Source of the DNA: Rotaria socialis
Lineage: Eukaryota
Assembly: GCA_905331295.1 (NCBI GenBank)
Contig: CAJNYD010000345.1
Location: forward strand, 1 to 61,608
Direction of reading: 5' to 3'
Length of the DNA stretch: 61,608 nucleotides
This document shows, piece after piece, positions 42,382 to 55,449 of this stretch. Position 1 is the first letter of the stretch; each line of letters starts with the position of its first letter. A program made the translations under genes and the position numbers. The notes under the pieces were generated by a model. It did not search any database. It was not told the origin of the DNA and saw nothing but the letters and a program-made list of their open reading frames with translations.

Positions 42382-44176
42382 AACAGCAAACATACGATTT
42401 ACAATCTATGAGAAGTCTACTTTTGATTGTTTAATTCTTAAAGCGTAAAAATAAATAATTGAAAAACAAAATTATAAATAATCAATTTTAATCAACAGTG
42501 AAAGTATTTATTATTCAGATGAACGAGAAAAAAAAGTGCAAAAATAAATATACTAAATGTTTCTAAAATTCTGATCGACGAAAGAAGCCTTTACTACACA
42601 GAATTTTTGCTAGAAATCTAAAATAAAATCTAAATAAATATTTTATTTTCATAGATTCAAGTATAGGCTTTCGAACTATTTTCTAAAAATATATTGCTGC
42701 GCAAAATAAAGACAACATGTGAAATATCACATATGAATTTCATTCTGTTGTGACCCTGTTTGATTCAGTTAACTTTTATTATTATATGAATTTTATAAAT
42801 ACAATAGGAATGAAATGAAAGTAATTATTTATTTTCTTATTTTTGCATATAAATAAGGTTTTTGAAGAGCGATAATATCAATCGAATTTATAATTCTTAG
42901 TTGAATACGTCGAAAACCAAATGAAGAAAACTAAATACCTACGAGAAAGAGTATGGAAATTTTACGACCAAAAAAAACAAGAAAATTGTCAATGAATATA
43001 ACATGATGAACATTTGAGTAAGTACCACAGAGCCTAGAATTAGAGCATATGAATAAAATAGAGACAAGCAAATTTTAAAAATTGTTGAAGTAAAATAAAG
43101 AAAATACTTTTCCTATTTTTTTAAATGCTGTGACATTCGTTCGCCATGTGTTAGTTAAATGCAGAGAAAAGTAATTTTTACAATTTAATAAATTAATGGG
43201 AGCAACGTTTTTAATGAGATTCTAAAAGAGAATATATCAGTTTACTATATGTTTCAGACTAAGACGTACACCATGGTTTTTGTTTCATAGAACAACTTGT
43301 ATAGAAGATAAATAGTATTTCCAATAGTCAGATCTCTTTTTGGGATGAGAACCAACTAGCTTATAATCGACATAGTAATTAATTGTTTACAATTAATGCT
43401 TTCATGTACAATTAAGATTTTCTATCTGACGCAACCTTTATTCGATTTCTACCTTATTATTGTAGCCGATAGTTTGCTATAAATAAAAAAGCACGTTGAA
43501 CATGAGATCTTCTAACTAGAGGCATCTTTCTGAGAGATCTTAAAGTGTTCTCATTATTATGTAGTGTTATCATTTTTAGAATAGCTAAAAAGGTATGATT
43601 TGCTGGAAAAAAAAACGTCAATTAGAATGTCTGTCTATATTTACGTTGCAGCGCATCTGCAAATAAAATGTTCAAAATAGTGTAAAAAATGAAATTCAGT
43701 ATGTATAACTTACATACTATTTATTTTTCTTCACCATGTAATATATTGATTCACAGGTTTTGCTTTTGCTCAACGTTTTTTTTTAATATTAGAAACACTC
43801 GTTCTCTGATGATAATCATCTTTGACATTTGATTTAATCCGATCATCGATTCACGGATGTGAATGAGTGCGACATCTATGTTTCAATTGATGCGCGCATA
43901 TAAACTTGATTGAAAGTCAATATTTTTAAAATATTAGCGAAAAAAAATTATATTAATAATATATAGATTTCTAGTATGTTGCTCGTACAAGATATTAAGA
44001 AAATTATTTATAAAAAAATTTCCTTATATAATTATGATTCGTTATAGCTTCTAGCAATGACATCTATCAGCACACCAGTCTCGATTGGTAGAGTCAGATC
44101 TTCTCAAATTCAAATAGCATCATATTTATTTGTTAGTTTGATTCCATATAGAATAATAATCAATTTTTAATAAACG

Positions 44177-45107
44177 ATGCACAATCGAACTACTGTGACA
44201 AATCTTCGTGAATTATCGATGACTTATAATAAATCTCGTACATCATCTTCAATAGGATTTAAACGAAAATCATCAGGCCATGTCCCATTACTCAGTACTA
44301 GTTCTCGTCCAATGTCAAATATGACAAATCTTGCACAATCATCTGATATTAATAATACATCAAAACGCAAGGTGGATGAGTATGAAAATGATTCATTTAA
44401 GTATGATGTTCCTACAACTAATTATGCTTCGGTACGAAAACAACAACAAACACAATCATCATCATCTACAAAACGTGTTAAATCAACGCAATCATTTGTA
44501 ACGGTTTGATGTCTATTCTGCGTTTTTTAAATTAAAAATTGAACGATATTATATTTTTCATAATAATAGAAAGCAAAATTGTTACCAGAAGATGGATCGT
44601 TACGATTAGTAACGTCAACAGTCCAAGGAATGAAACATTGGACAAATAAACATTTACCATATCCAATTCTATTTGAAGTTTTTGGTATATTTGAATTATT
44701 AAAATTGAAATTTTATTTTGCTGTTTTTATCAAAGGTAAACTTGATTCTCAAGTAACGTCTTTATCATTAACAAATACACGGCAATTTTCATTAATCGAT
44801 GAAAAAGATCGCATTGAATGTATATTTGCTGAAATGGATCAATCATTTTCTAACATTGATCGAGATGTTCAATTGCGGTAGAATATGAAAATATTGATAA
44901 TTTATTTTTATTTTTATTCTTTTATTTAGAATTATTTGTCGATTGGAACCAAAAAGTAGTTTGGCTCGTTGTATAGCCATTCGTATAGCAAATAAAGATG
45001 AATGGAACGAAAAATATTCTATTATTAAACAGTGTGACTTACAATTAAATGAAGATGATCTGAATTCAAAAAAGCTCAAAAAGAATAACAAAAAATTACA
45101 AAAATAA
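44177..45107 (+). CDS. SPATA22: Spermatogenesis-associated protein 22 homolog (meiotic OB-fold partner of MEIOB); exons 44177-44503, 44570-44684, 44736-44877, 44930-45107
   Basis: Disordered N-terminus, then SLRLVTSTVQGMKHW...ILFEVFGKLDSQVT...FSLIDEKDRIECIFAEMD...LRIIC...RCIAIRIA. This is colinear with the SPATA22 pattern SLRIISAVIESMKYW...LLFEVLAVLDSAVT...FLMRD...LPCVFYEID...CVSVRPA. Confidence 0.82.
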
Positions 45108-45233
45108 TAATTTTTTTTGTTAAAAATGTCTTATTTGCTAGATATTTATTTTATCCTAGTCAACTATAATGATTTATTTATTTAATCAGATAGAATAAAA
45201 CAATGAACTATTTTTTTCATTTTATTTTTCTAG

Positions 45234-47267
45234 ATGCCTGACGATAAAGAAGCACCAGTATACACAGCGGAAAAGATTCTACTTAAACGAATACGAAAAG
45301 TAAGAGCGAATGAGAATTTATTTGTTCCATAGTATTCTTTTATTGACTTATTAATGTAATTTAAAAAAATGACTTGAAGAACATGATACATGTCGGTGTA
45401 TTCTGTCGCAGTCAGCACTGAGGAGTAGAACGATGACTTAGGAAGTCGATCAGAAAAACTTTGTTAAGTTTGACTAATTAGTCAAAGAGGGTGACACATT
45501 TTGTTTTGGAAACTACTTAGTGTAAACAGCCAATAAAACATTAGAACTCCACTGGGGAAAAAGACGAAAAACTTTTTTTCATGATAAGGAACATGATTTA
45601 ATCATTCGAAAATAGCACTAAATCTTCGTAGTATGTTCATATTAATTTCGATCCTGCAATCATTGATTAGCTGTTCTATGAAGAAAAAAAAACGAAAATC
45701 AATTGAATATTCGTTGTATTTAAGTAGTTGATGAATGGCATGTCTGTATTTCGCGTACTTTAAAAAAGTTCAACGCTGTTCAGAAAAAGATTCCATGGTC
45801 TAATAATATAAGATAGTCAGTATGTTTTCAAATATGTAATTTGAGATAAATAGTCATTAGCAACTTTTAATAAATCATTACAAAGTCGATGATATCAATT
45901 TAGATTTTTCGAAATTTAAATAACTGAAAGAATTCTGAAGGGAACTAATGCAAAATTTTTGAAACTTCACTTTGTATTTTGAACTATGTAATATTTATTT
46001 CGAATCATTCGCACCAATTGCCATGTTTACAGATCGATTGAAAATGTATCATTATAACAAAGAACTATGCCAAATCCATCGTTGGCATAACATTAACACA
46101 GATAGTAAATGCATGCTGTTTAAAAATCAAATATAGTTTTAAATTGATCCAAAAGAATACTAGTCAACATTTTAAATCTTGTTTTCATTGGTAAATGGCG
46201 ATCATAAATCTATTGAGATCAAAATTTTATTTGAAAATTGTCAATGAAAAAAATTCATTCGAACAAATACAATTTGTTTTTTCAATGGGTAGAACTTTCT
46301 ATAGAAGAATTTAGAACAATTTAATCATATCAAAATTACAGATCACATTAGTTCATCATTCAGAAAGATTTTTCATAGGGACATCACAAAACTGAGATTG
46401 AATCATTGAAAGTATTTCTCGTACGTTTTAATAGTTTATTTTATTAACAAATTGTTTATTCAATAGAATTTGATAAGTAAAATTTATTTTTCTAGGGAAA
46501 AACTGAATATTTAATTAAATGGAAAGGATGGGCTGCTAAGTGAGTAATTTGATGATCTTGTGCAGATCTAACTTATGATCAATGATTTTAGATGGAATAC
46601 TTGGGAACCCGAGAAGCATATTTTAGATAAGTTACTTATTGCGGACTTTAATAACAGGTAAATAAAAAGAATTGATATGTATTTTTCTCACTACTATATA
46701 TTTTATAGAAATCGGAAACGTCAAAAAAGTAAATCTGTAGTTCGCAATAGTGTAAATAAGCGTGATGCACCAATAAAAAGCCGTTCAAAAAGTACAGTTC
46801 GAACACTGCGCCTGCGTAGTTCAACATTATCAGATGTATCCACATCAGCAATTGTTTCTCCGACAACAAATGATGAAAATAATGACGATGAGGAAGCTAT
46901 AGAAAAGAAAAAGTTTGATAACGATCGAGTTGAAGTATATACACTTCGATCCAATCGAACAGAAAAAATTGAAAAAAATCAAACAGATCTATCTGATTCA
47001 TCGAAAGAATCTGATCAAGATGAAGACCTACAAGAAGAAAAAAAGTCAATTGCTGCTGAAACATCAAAACTAGATGAATCTCTAAGAGAATTTTTATGGC
47101 AGCCAACTAAAATCTTAACATCAACAACAACAATAACTGAAGTGACTGATCAAAATGGTGTAACAGTTTTAATTCGAGAGCTCAATGATATTCCAGCATC
47201 AAATATTATTAGTAGATCATCACGTTTTCTTGGCTATGGACATGGAGGTCGTGGGGGAAGACACTGA
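45234..47267 (+). CDS. CBX: Polycomb-type chromobox protein (chromodomain plus C-terminal Pc/C-box); 4 exons
   Basis: Spliced chromodomain VYTAEKILLKRIRK|GKTEYLIKWKGWAAK|WNTWEPEKHILDKLLI. C-terminal FLWQP...TTITEVTDQNGVTVLIRE matches the Pc box. No chromoshadow domain. Confidence 0.9.
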
Positions 47268-48294
47268 AAATAAATCGTTATTAATTTTGTTTTACCGGTA
47301 TTTAAAATGTGTTCGTGTTTTAAAAAAAAATCAATTTTCTGTCTCATTTATCATGTATACGTTTAATGTGTGCGTTTAGAGAAAAAAAAACGGCAGTGAC
47401 AGTCATCATAATTGTTTGTTTTTTCTTTCGTTTTTTAGTATATAAACTAGAATCTCTGTGTTTTTAATGCAACATTTTTTTTTCTGTATTTAAAAAATTC
47501 GATTCTTTATTAAAATTGATAAAGTGAATTCATTGTTTTCAAATTCAATTTGTTTTTAACGATGAAAACCTTGATTACCCGTGTAAATTTTCCATAAAAA
47601 ATAAAAATAAAACTTTCTTTATGTTCATTTCATCTTTTTCTATATGTTTTCCATGAGTACGGAGTGAACGGGATTTTTATTAGAACGTCTTTTTTTAATG
47701 AATTAAAAATGAGATTTATACTCCGCTATGAAGTAAAAGTATAGTTGAGGTTTCAGCTCTAAAATCCGTCAGATTAAATCATGAATAACTCTACTATGCA
47801 AAGTTTTTCTATCTTCACTTAACTTCTATTCCAAAGAAATAGATCTTTCTTGTTGATGAAAGATATTTAGACATAGATGTTAAATTTTATGTTCAACGCG
47901 AATCTAAGTAACTAAAACTTCTTAAAAACATATTCATTGATTTGAATCAAGCAACGCTATCTGTTCTCTGGTGAGAAGAATAAATGTGAAGTAAACTATA
48001 AAATCATTTTTCATTTTTCACGAAATAACAGTAACAACAGAAAGTCAGACGTGCTCAATCTTATTGATGAAAAAACAAAAAACAAACTTTTCTGGCAAAA
48101 ATATTGGACGAATCTTCTGATTCAAGAAAAATAAATATGTTGTTTGAAAGAACAAAGAGATGTTATTGTTATTATTCGATTCGAGCAGTCTAATGATCTA
48201 TTTCATGAAAAGTTGTTGTCTTACTTCATTAATTTTCACATATTGAATAAAAAAGCAAATTATTAACGTACAACATTTTATTTAACTATTTTAG

Positions 48295-49209
48295 ATGTTT
48301 GAAATTTTACCAAATGAAATAATTCTTCTAATATTTTCTTTTCTTGAACTTACCGAGCTTCATCGAATATTTTCGTCGCTTAATTTTCGATTCAAATCTT
48401 TATTATACAATAATGATACACCTTTATATGCTCGTTTGGTTTCAAACATAACATTACCGTTGGATTCATTTCTTCATCGAATAAGCCAACTTTCGTTAAT
48501 AGATTGGACACCAAACGATATTTTATTATTATTTCAAAGGTCAAACTTACCTCGACTTAATTATTTAGCTGTAGAATCATCCAATAATAATTATTTTGGT
48601 CGGCCAACAAATGATTTAATTCATCAAATACTTTGTCTACCAAGTCTTTCGAAATGTAAAGTAAATATTTCCCCAACTCTTTATATTCTTGATGTTCTGT
48701 TGCCTGCATCGCAGTCTATTCAACATTTGGATTTGAGTATGATAACACTTGATATGCTATTTAGTCTTTTAATCAATGTGCCTAAACTTCGTTCATTGAA
48801 TGTTTGGCTGAATTCAAATGGAAGAATCTTTGATAGTAAAACTTATAAAGAATATTATTGTTTAAATCTAACAAAATTCACTCTTGGTCTTCATAATGAT
48901 ATTAAATTTGATGAAGTTGTATTTTTATTAAAACACATGCCTATATTACATTCATTCCAAATGTTTGGATCTGTTTGGGACCGAGGATTTTTAAATGAAA
49001 AACAATGGAAACATATGGTTTTAGGTGAAAATTCATTTCCATTGTTAAATAAAATTAAAATAAACTTGGACATTCGTTATACAGTCAGTATGCAAAATGT
49101 CAGTTCTGTTTTATCGCAATTTAATCAACACGTTTTTCATCAAACTAATTTTTCCATCACTTCTGATAAAATGTTTTGGTTTTATTTAACTTGTTTTTGG
49201 AATAGCTGA
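48295..49209 (+). CDS. F-box/LRR-like protein, single exon
   Basis: N-terminal F-box FEILPNEIILLIFSFL...FSSLNFRFKSLL, followed by degenerate LRRs (LPRLNYL, LPSLSKC, VPKLRSL, MPILHSF). Confidence 0.82.
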   Translation: MFEILPNEIILLIFSFLELTELHRIFSSLNFRFKSLLYNNDTPLYARLVSNITLPLDSFLHRISQLSLIDWTPNDILLLFQRSNLPRLNYLAVESSNNNYFGRPTNDLIHQILCLPSLSKCKVNISPTLYILDVLLPASQSIQHLDLSMITLDMLFSLLINVPKLRSLNVWLNSNGRIFDSKTYKEYYCLNLTKFTLGLHNDIKFDEVVFLLKHMPILHSFQMFGSVWDRGFLNEKQWKHMVLGENSFPLLNKIKINLDIRYTVSMQNVSSVLSQFNQHVFHQTNFSITSDKMFWFYLTCFWNS

Positions 49210-52200
49210 GTTCAATACCAGCACTTATTCTACTTTAGAGGATGTCTCAAAAGTCATATCAACAGAGTAAATTGACCAGCGAATCATTTCTATACAGCAT
49301 GCAAACTCGTTATGAAGCAATCTTTTTTCTGTAAGTTTTAATCAAGACTTTTTCAAATTTTCGTTAAAATCCACTTCATTATCAACTAGTAAAAAATCTA
49401 CATAGTTGTCGTTTATGTAAACCAATATTTAATCTACTAATACAATAAGTGTTTGTGTTGTAAGGTAATGAGATTGAATAGATTTCGATCGAATTAACAA
49501 CCTCACACTGAAAATTACAGTTGTAAGTCTTTTCACTACTGGATTCTTTTTTTTATGAAATCAAATGATGAAAGTTCGAATCAATGAAACGGAATTATCT
49601 TTCGTTTTCAATCAGCACTATGTATGCTCTACAAAGACATGCACAATCCATACGTATGTTTATCGATCATTCTGAGTGACTGAGCAATATCTTTTTGTTA
49701 GCCATAGATAGCATGACGCATTAAATTTGATCTGTTACATAGGATAGGAAATATTTATCTATGTGTTTCTCTTCGAATCTATGAATGTATAGACTGCTCT
49801 TATTGTATAAGTGTATTTCACAGTATATGTGTAAGGTAATCACAAAACTAAATTTAGAAAGAACTTTTGTAATCGTATTGGAATTGAAATGTTTCGACAA
49901 AAAGAAAATTACATTTCAAATACAGGACAAATATCGTACAGAGAATCCTCGAAAGCCCTCGTTTTTTAATTGCAACGAAAAATAGATTAGAAATTTTGCT
50001 TTTGCAGAAAATGTGATATTTCATTCAAAATCTAATATTTCGGTTCAGATTATTCGATGAAAGTCTATGTTTTAAATTTGTAATTTTAGATGCGAAAGTT
50101 TTCATTTGACTCGATGATATCTAAATTTATAAGTTCACAACATAAAGACCTCTATTATTAGCTAAAAATGATTCTAGATAGAAACAATATGAGAATTAAT
50201 ATTATAAGAATAACATACCTTCTTCTTCCTCCAATGGCAAGCTTTGAAAACATCTCATAAACTTAATAGATACCAAGAGCGAGTTCGTATAAAAGTAAAA
50301 TTCATGGAATGAAAACATGAGATCAATTATGAGTAGATAGGTTCACGAGAACAAATGCATGATCGGCACACAATCAATGAATAAAAGCGAGACCATTCAT
50401 AACGTTTTAAGAATTCTCTATTCGATAATAATTTACAACGGAATTGATAAATATTATTATAGAACACAGAGGTCAGAATCTAGATAGACTAAAATAAAGT
50501 TTTATAGACAAGAAAAACAAACGACTCACAGTGCGTTTAGAAGTTCGTTATTCATTTGAAAAATATCATTATTGATTTCATAAGAAAAGCTTTTAGTTCT
50601 TTTTTATTTCTGTGCTATAATACTGTATCATACGTTGATACATTCTAGGATAGAAATCGATTCGATTAGCCAGTAGTTGTCTTTTCATCACGATGAATCA
50701 AAGTAGTCGATTGTACAGGTGAAATGCTTCTGATTTACGTTTTCATTTTTTTCACTAGCATTCTGCTTAGTTAAATTTTTTGTTGTTAATATTTAGTTTC
50801 ATAAAAACAATTTTAGAATGATAATTTTTTTAGTATAAAAAAATCCATATAAAAATAACGTTCGTTGAAAATAATTAAGTTCACATGTTCCAAGGAAGTT
50901 CAAATTTTTATAATTAATGCAAAATTGACTTATTTTTATAGTGCAACGTTTAAAATCTATCTCCCGATTAGAATATTTCAAATGTATTATTGTGTAACTG
51001 CAGTTTTAATATGATGACTTTTGTGACATCCTGTAGAGAGACTGAAAAACGTGAAGACAATTTTGTACAGTTTTGTTGTAAAAGTGATAATACAGTTTTT
51101 TTTTAATAATAAATGCATTTGTATCGTAGAATCGTTGGTAATTTTCAACAATTTTATTCGAATTTATTGGATGTATCTTATATTTCTAGATCAATTCATA
51201 ATTATCGTGAGATTTTTAATAGAATATTATCATTCATATCGAATAGAATTTATCTAAACTTATGCTTTGCTTATTTAATACAAATCATTCTCTCTTCTTC
51301 TTTGACTTCAAATCGTCTCATAGAATAGAAGTCGAATTGCAATGTTATAACGTGTAAATGTGATAGAAGCTCACCGTATTCAAACGAGCACAATGTATGA
51401 ATGCAAATAATCAAACAATTTATTACCTTTTTTTTGCATTTTTCGGGTTATGATTTCTTTAGTATATCAAAAGCTTGGTTTGTCCTACTTGTTTTCCAAT
51501 GATAAAGAAGTTAGCAATTTTAGACAGCTGGAATTTGAATAGCTCAGAGTATCGATGAGAAAGCACTAATCGAGGATTGGGAAAGCTAGATAGTAGAGAT
51601 ACATGAATATCATTTAGTTAGACTGTTTTTGTTTTTGTAGAAAGTTATAGACAATCTAAAAATCAAATGATATTAATTTCAAAGAAGTTGACAACAGTTT
51701 GAATAAATATTTAATTAGGTAATGAGACACCGCTCAAACTGTGTGATGATTGGCTCAAATTATGCAAGATTTGATCAGCGTCTTAAAGTAAATCCCAATA
51801 TGTAATGAATAGAATATCTATTTATGCACCACTCATAAGATCTGAATTGTCGACTTCATAAAAATGAGAGGTTTTCATCAGGTATTAAAGAACTTACTTT
51901 TTACTTTTTTCAAGATAAATCAAACATAAATCCTTCCGTTTTTTATATGAACATGAAGTTCTAAGATGACTTTATTTAATAGATTCTGATAGGCGCATAC
52001 GTCATGGGATTTTTATTTCAAACCTTATCCAAAGTTTGAGCATTTTTCGAACAAAAAAAGTATCTCGATATAAACGGTTTGATATATCTAATTTATGTTA
52101 AGTAGTGTACTAAATGTTTCACTTAGATTGCCTGATGTCGTACAACCGAAGTGGTATCCTCATATCAGGGTTTGGATTCAATTCAAAAATGGCAATTGAT

Positions 52201-53318
52201 CTGTTATTGAGCACGTATGAATGTGTTTAACTAATCAAATTATAGCTGTAAGGAAAAACTTTTTTATTGCAGAATAAGCCCATCTTCAAACTTTTGAAGG
52301 AAATCATATTTGCAGTGGACTCATATTCTTTGAGCATGAAAGACATGGTTTCATAATTTGATTGAAAGTGATTTAAACATCATTGATATTCACTTCATTC
52401 TTTTTACATTCTCATTGTATTGTGTGAAAAAATAGTAAAATTCTTTTTCAACAACTATAATAATTTATGCTGTCTATTTGCCACAAGAATATCACTGTTC
52501 TTATCAAGATGATGTTCGATGATGTAGTTAACAGTTTATCCTATTGATAATAGATTAGTTTATCTTTTATATGGTACGATCTTCTTTAGAAATCTACTGT
52601 TGTTAAATGCATCACGTGATCTTATAAAGTACACATACCAACAAATATATGTTCTCATACATTTTTCTGTTCTTCAGCATTTTACCTTTTTTTTCGCATC
52701 GTTCTGTCCATATTGTATGTATACGTTTCGAGTTCACATATTACTTATGACTACCAATATGCATCAATGCGTTAAAAACGTCTTAAAATTTCATTTTCTT
52801 CTTAGCAGAAAAATTTTAGTGTTGTTAAGTAACTCTACATATAATTTTGACTTGTCTGGTTTTTTTTGAAAGCCTAGTTTTTTTTTATCAGCATTGTGTG
52901 ATGTATATTCAACTTTTTAATTTGTTTTAGTGATAGCAACAGGCTTTTAAACTATTATTTTTTATTTTTTAAAAGTAATTTTGGTAACTACGCTGCAAAA
53001 CAATTAATACAATTTTTAACGAAATTCTTTTTCTTTCTTTCTTTTCATAGTAAACGACAGAAATATTTTCTTAATTTCAGTAGAATGCACATTTTTTTGT
53101 GGCTTAAGTTATTTTTTGATGCTTTCTTTCATTCAAAACTTTAACTATACATTAATATCGTTTCATAGACAAAGAATATTTTGTGCAGTAAAAAATAGTC
53201 TAGGTAGACATTGGCTATCAAAATATATTTATAGGTCAATTTGTCAGCCAGCAGATAAAAATGAAGCTTTGATGAAAATAATTAAATACAATTCTTTTCA
53301 GATTTTGAAAATCTGACT

Positions 53319-54439
53319 ATGAATTCCGCTTCAAGCTTATCAATTTTAAATTCATACTATAATACAATAGTAGAAGATCTTGTATCGAGTTATTCATCAG
53401 AAATATCAAGGAATATTTATCTTGAAAAAATTCATTCTCACTTTAAAACTGTTCTTAGTTATAATATTAGTAACGGGAAAAAGATTCGCGGTACAACTGT
53501 GATTGACACTGTTCGTGTTCTTTCGTCGGAATCTGCTGATGAATTATTATTAAAACAAGCAGCCATTCTCGGATGGTGTATTGAATTAATGCAAGGAGCA
53601 TTTCTTGTTGCTGATGATCTTATGGATCATTCACTCACAAGACGTGGACAGCCGTGTTGGTATCTGAAAGTTGAAGAAAAAGAATCAGCTGTCAATGATT
53701 CATTTTATTTATATTCGTGTACATTTACGTTATTAAATAAATATTTTCCAACGAATTTTAAATTATATCATTTATTTAATGAAATTTTTCAACGGACTGT
53801 CATTGGACAAGGTAAAGAGAATATTCTTTTTAATTGTAATATTTCTTTTTTAAAATAACTGTCATTTTGTTTTAATCTATAGGACTCGATTTAGAAACTC
53901 CACATTATTTACCATCGATTGATTTTTATACAGAAGAGCATTATTATACTGTGGTCACATGGAAAACTGCTTACTATACAATTGCTCTGCCAATTCTTTG
54001 TGGTATATTAATAACTCCTTCATCTTTTCTTGCTGATCATACTGAAGTAAAAACAATTACTCTTAATATTGGTACTTATTTTCAAGTACAAGATGATTAT
54101 CTTGATTGCTATGGTGACATTAATCGAACAGGGAAAATTGGTACTGATATTCAGGAGCGTAAATGTTCATGGCTGATTGTTCAAGCTATGAAATTATTAG
54201 AAAAAAATGATAGAAGACGTGACATTCTTCGTGATAATTATGGTAATGATGATCAAAACAAAGTTCAACGTGTTAAAGATATTTATGAAGAACTAAATTT
54301 AAAAGAAATTTATCAACAATATGAAGAAAAAACATATCAAAATATTATACAACTTATAAATCAAGCTAATTTTAATTCAAAGCCACTTGAACAATTATTA
54401 AAACAAATTTTAGACAGTATTCATGCTAGAAGCAAATGA
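53319..54439 (+). CDS. FDPS: Farnesyl diphosphate synthase family trans-prenyltransferase; one intron (~53812-53882)
   Basis: GKKIRG, LGWCIELMQ, FARM DDLMD, TRRGQPCWY, GQGLDL, KTAYY, SARM FQVQDDYLD, GKIGTDIQERKCSWL and C-terminal ARSK. Confidence 0.95.
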
Positions 54440-55158
54440 ATAAACATAGTTGAATATTTCGTGAGTTTTCTTTCTAAGCTTTTAAAACTATTGCCAAGAT
54501 AAAAATATTTCTGTTTTCATGCATTTATTTTTATTGAAAGTTTCGTAATAGGGAAATGAATAAAAAAATAGCTCATTTATGAATGACTTTCAGTTTGATA
54601 AGGTTTATATCAATTAGACTAGTTACCTATTTCGACTTCGAATACATACAGATATTGGAGAAAGAAGAACCGCTAGATAATTCTAGGAATAGATTTAGTT
54701 TTACATTAAGTTTCATATTAAATTAAAGATTCAAAGGCATGTCCCCGAGGGGAAAAGGCGAATCCTGGGCCTTTAAGCCATTTTGGATTCTGATGGATTC
54801 TACGGTTCCTCCCTAAAAACATCGGTGACTGATCATATTTTCACTGCTTGACCATCTCACTATGGTGTACTAAATGAGGTATGAATGAACTGAATGGAAA
54901 TTTGACGCATACACTATAGGACTACCCCTTATGCTGTTCTCGATATAGGATAACATGCATCGTTGCCACTTCTCCCTCTTAAATGAACAACAAAATATTT
55001 TTTAAATTGATTTCACTGTACATAATTCAATTACCCTCTTAAGATGACTTTCTTCTTTCTTAAATAATTTCTTGTACGCTTTTATTAAATATCAATGAAT
55101 CAGCGAAATCACATAAAGTTATTTGATTGCATCCATAATTAAAATAAATTCCAGTCTT

Positions 55159-55449
55159 CCCTGGTCGAACGAAACGATCATAAACGATAAACATATATGG
55201 CTCGTTACGCGCACCGCATTCCCCCATTATAACACGGACAGTAATACGGTTGATTCCTTGATAGAATACGACACTATTACGAATTCTTTTACGATGGGAA
55301 TACGATGTCGTATATGGTCCATAATACTGTCTGTGTTATAACGCCATAATGCGACAGAGAGACGATCGTTTATGATGACATACGGTGCATTTACGGCCGC
55401 TTATGATAATGTTACGGTGGTTTACGGTGACCCATTTTGATCGACCGGC
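55159..55449. mobile_element. Degenerate ~290-bp MITE-like element
   Basis: Ends CCCTGGTCGA and TCGACCGGC resemble the termini of the 56400 element. The interior is rich in TACG/CGTA/ACGG motifs, unlike the flanks. Confidence 0.55.

Noticed and set aside
44057..44087. Upstream ATG exon as the SPATA22 start
   Set aside because: Splicing to 44152 gives an immediate stop; more likely a UTR exon or uORF.
44685..44735. Apparent hydrophobic insertion in SPATA22 in the ORF track
   Set aside because: It is a 51-nt in-frame GT-AG intron; removing it restores FEVFGKLDS.
45469..45486. Perfect 18-bp palindrome TTTGACTAATTAGTCAAA in CBX intron 1
   Set aside because: Isolated and AT-rich, with no supporting context.
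49300..53300. Short 60-90 aa ORFs here and in other intergenic regions
   Set aside because: F/I/L/K-rich chance ORFs typical of AT-rich DNA, many with non-ATG starts.
54720..55045. GC-richer stretch with CCCTCTTAA twice
   Set aside because: No matching terminal pair identified.
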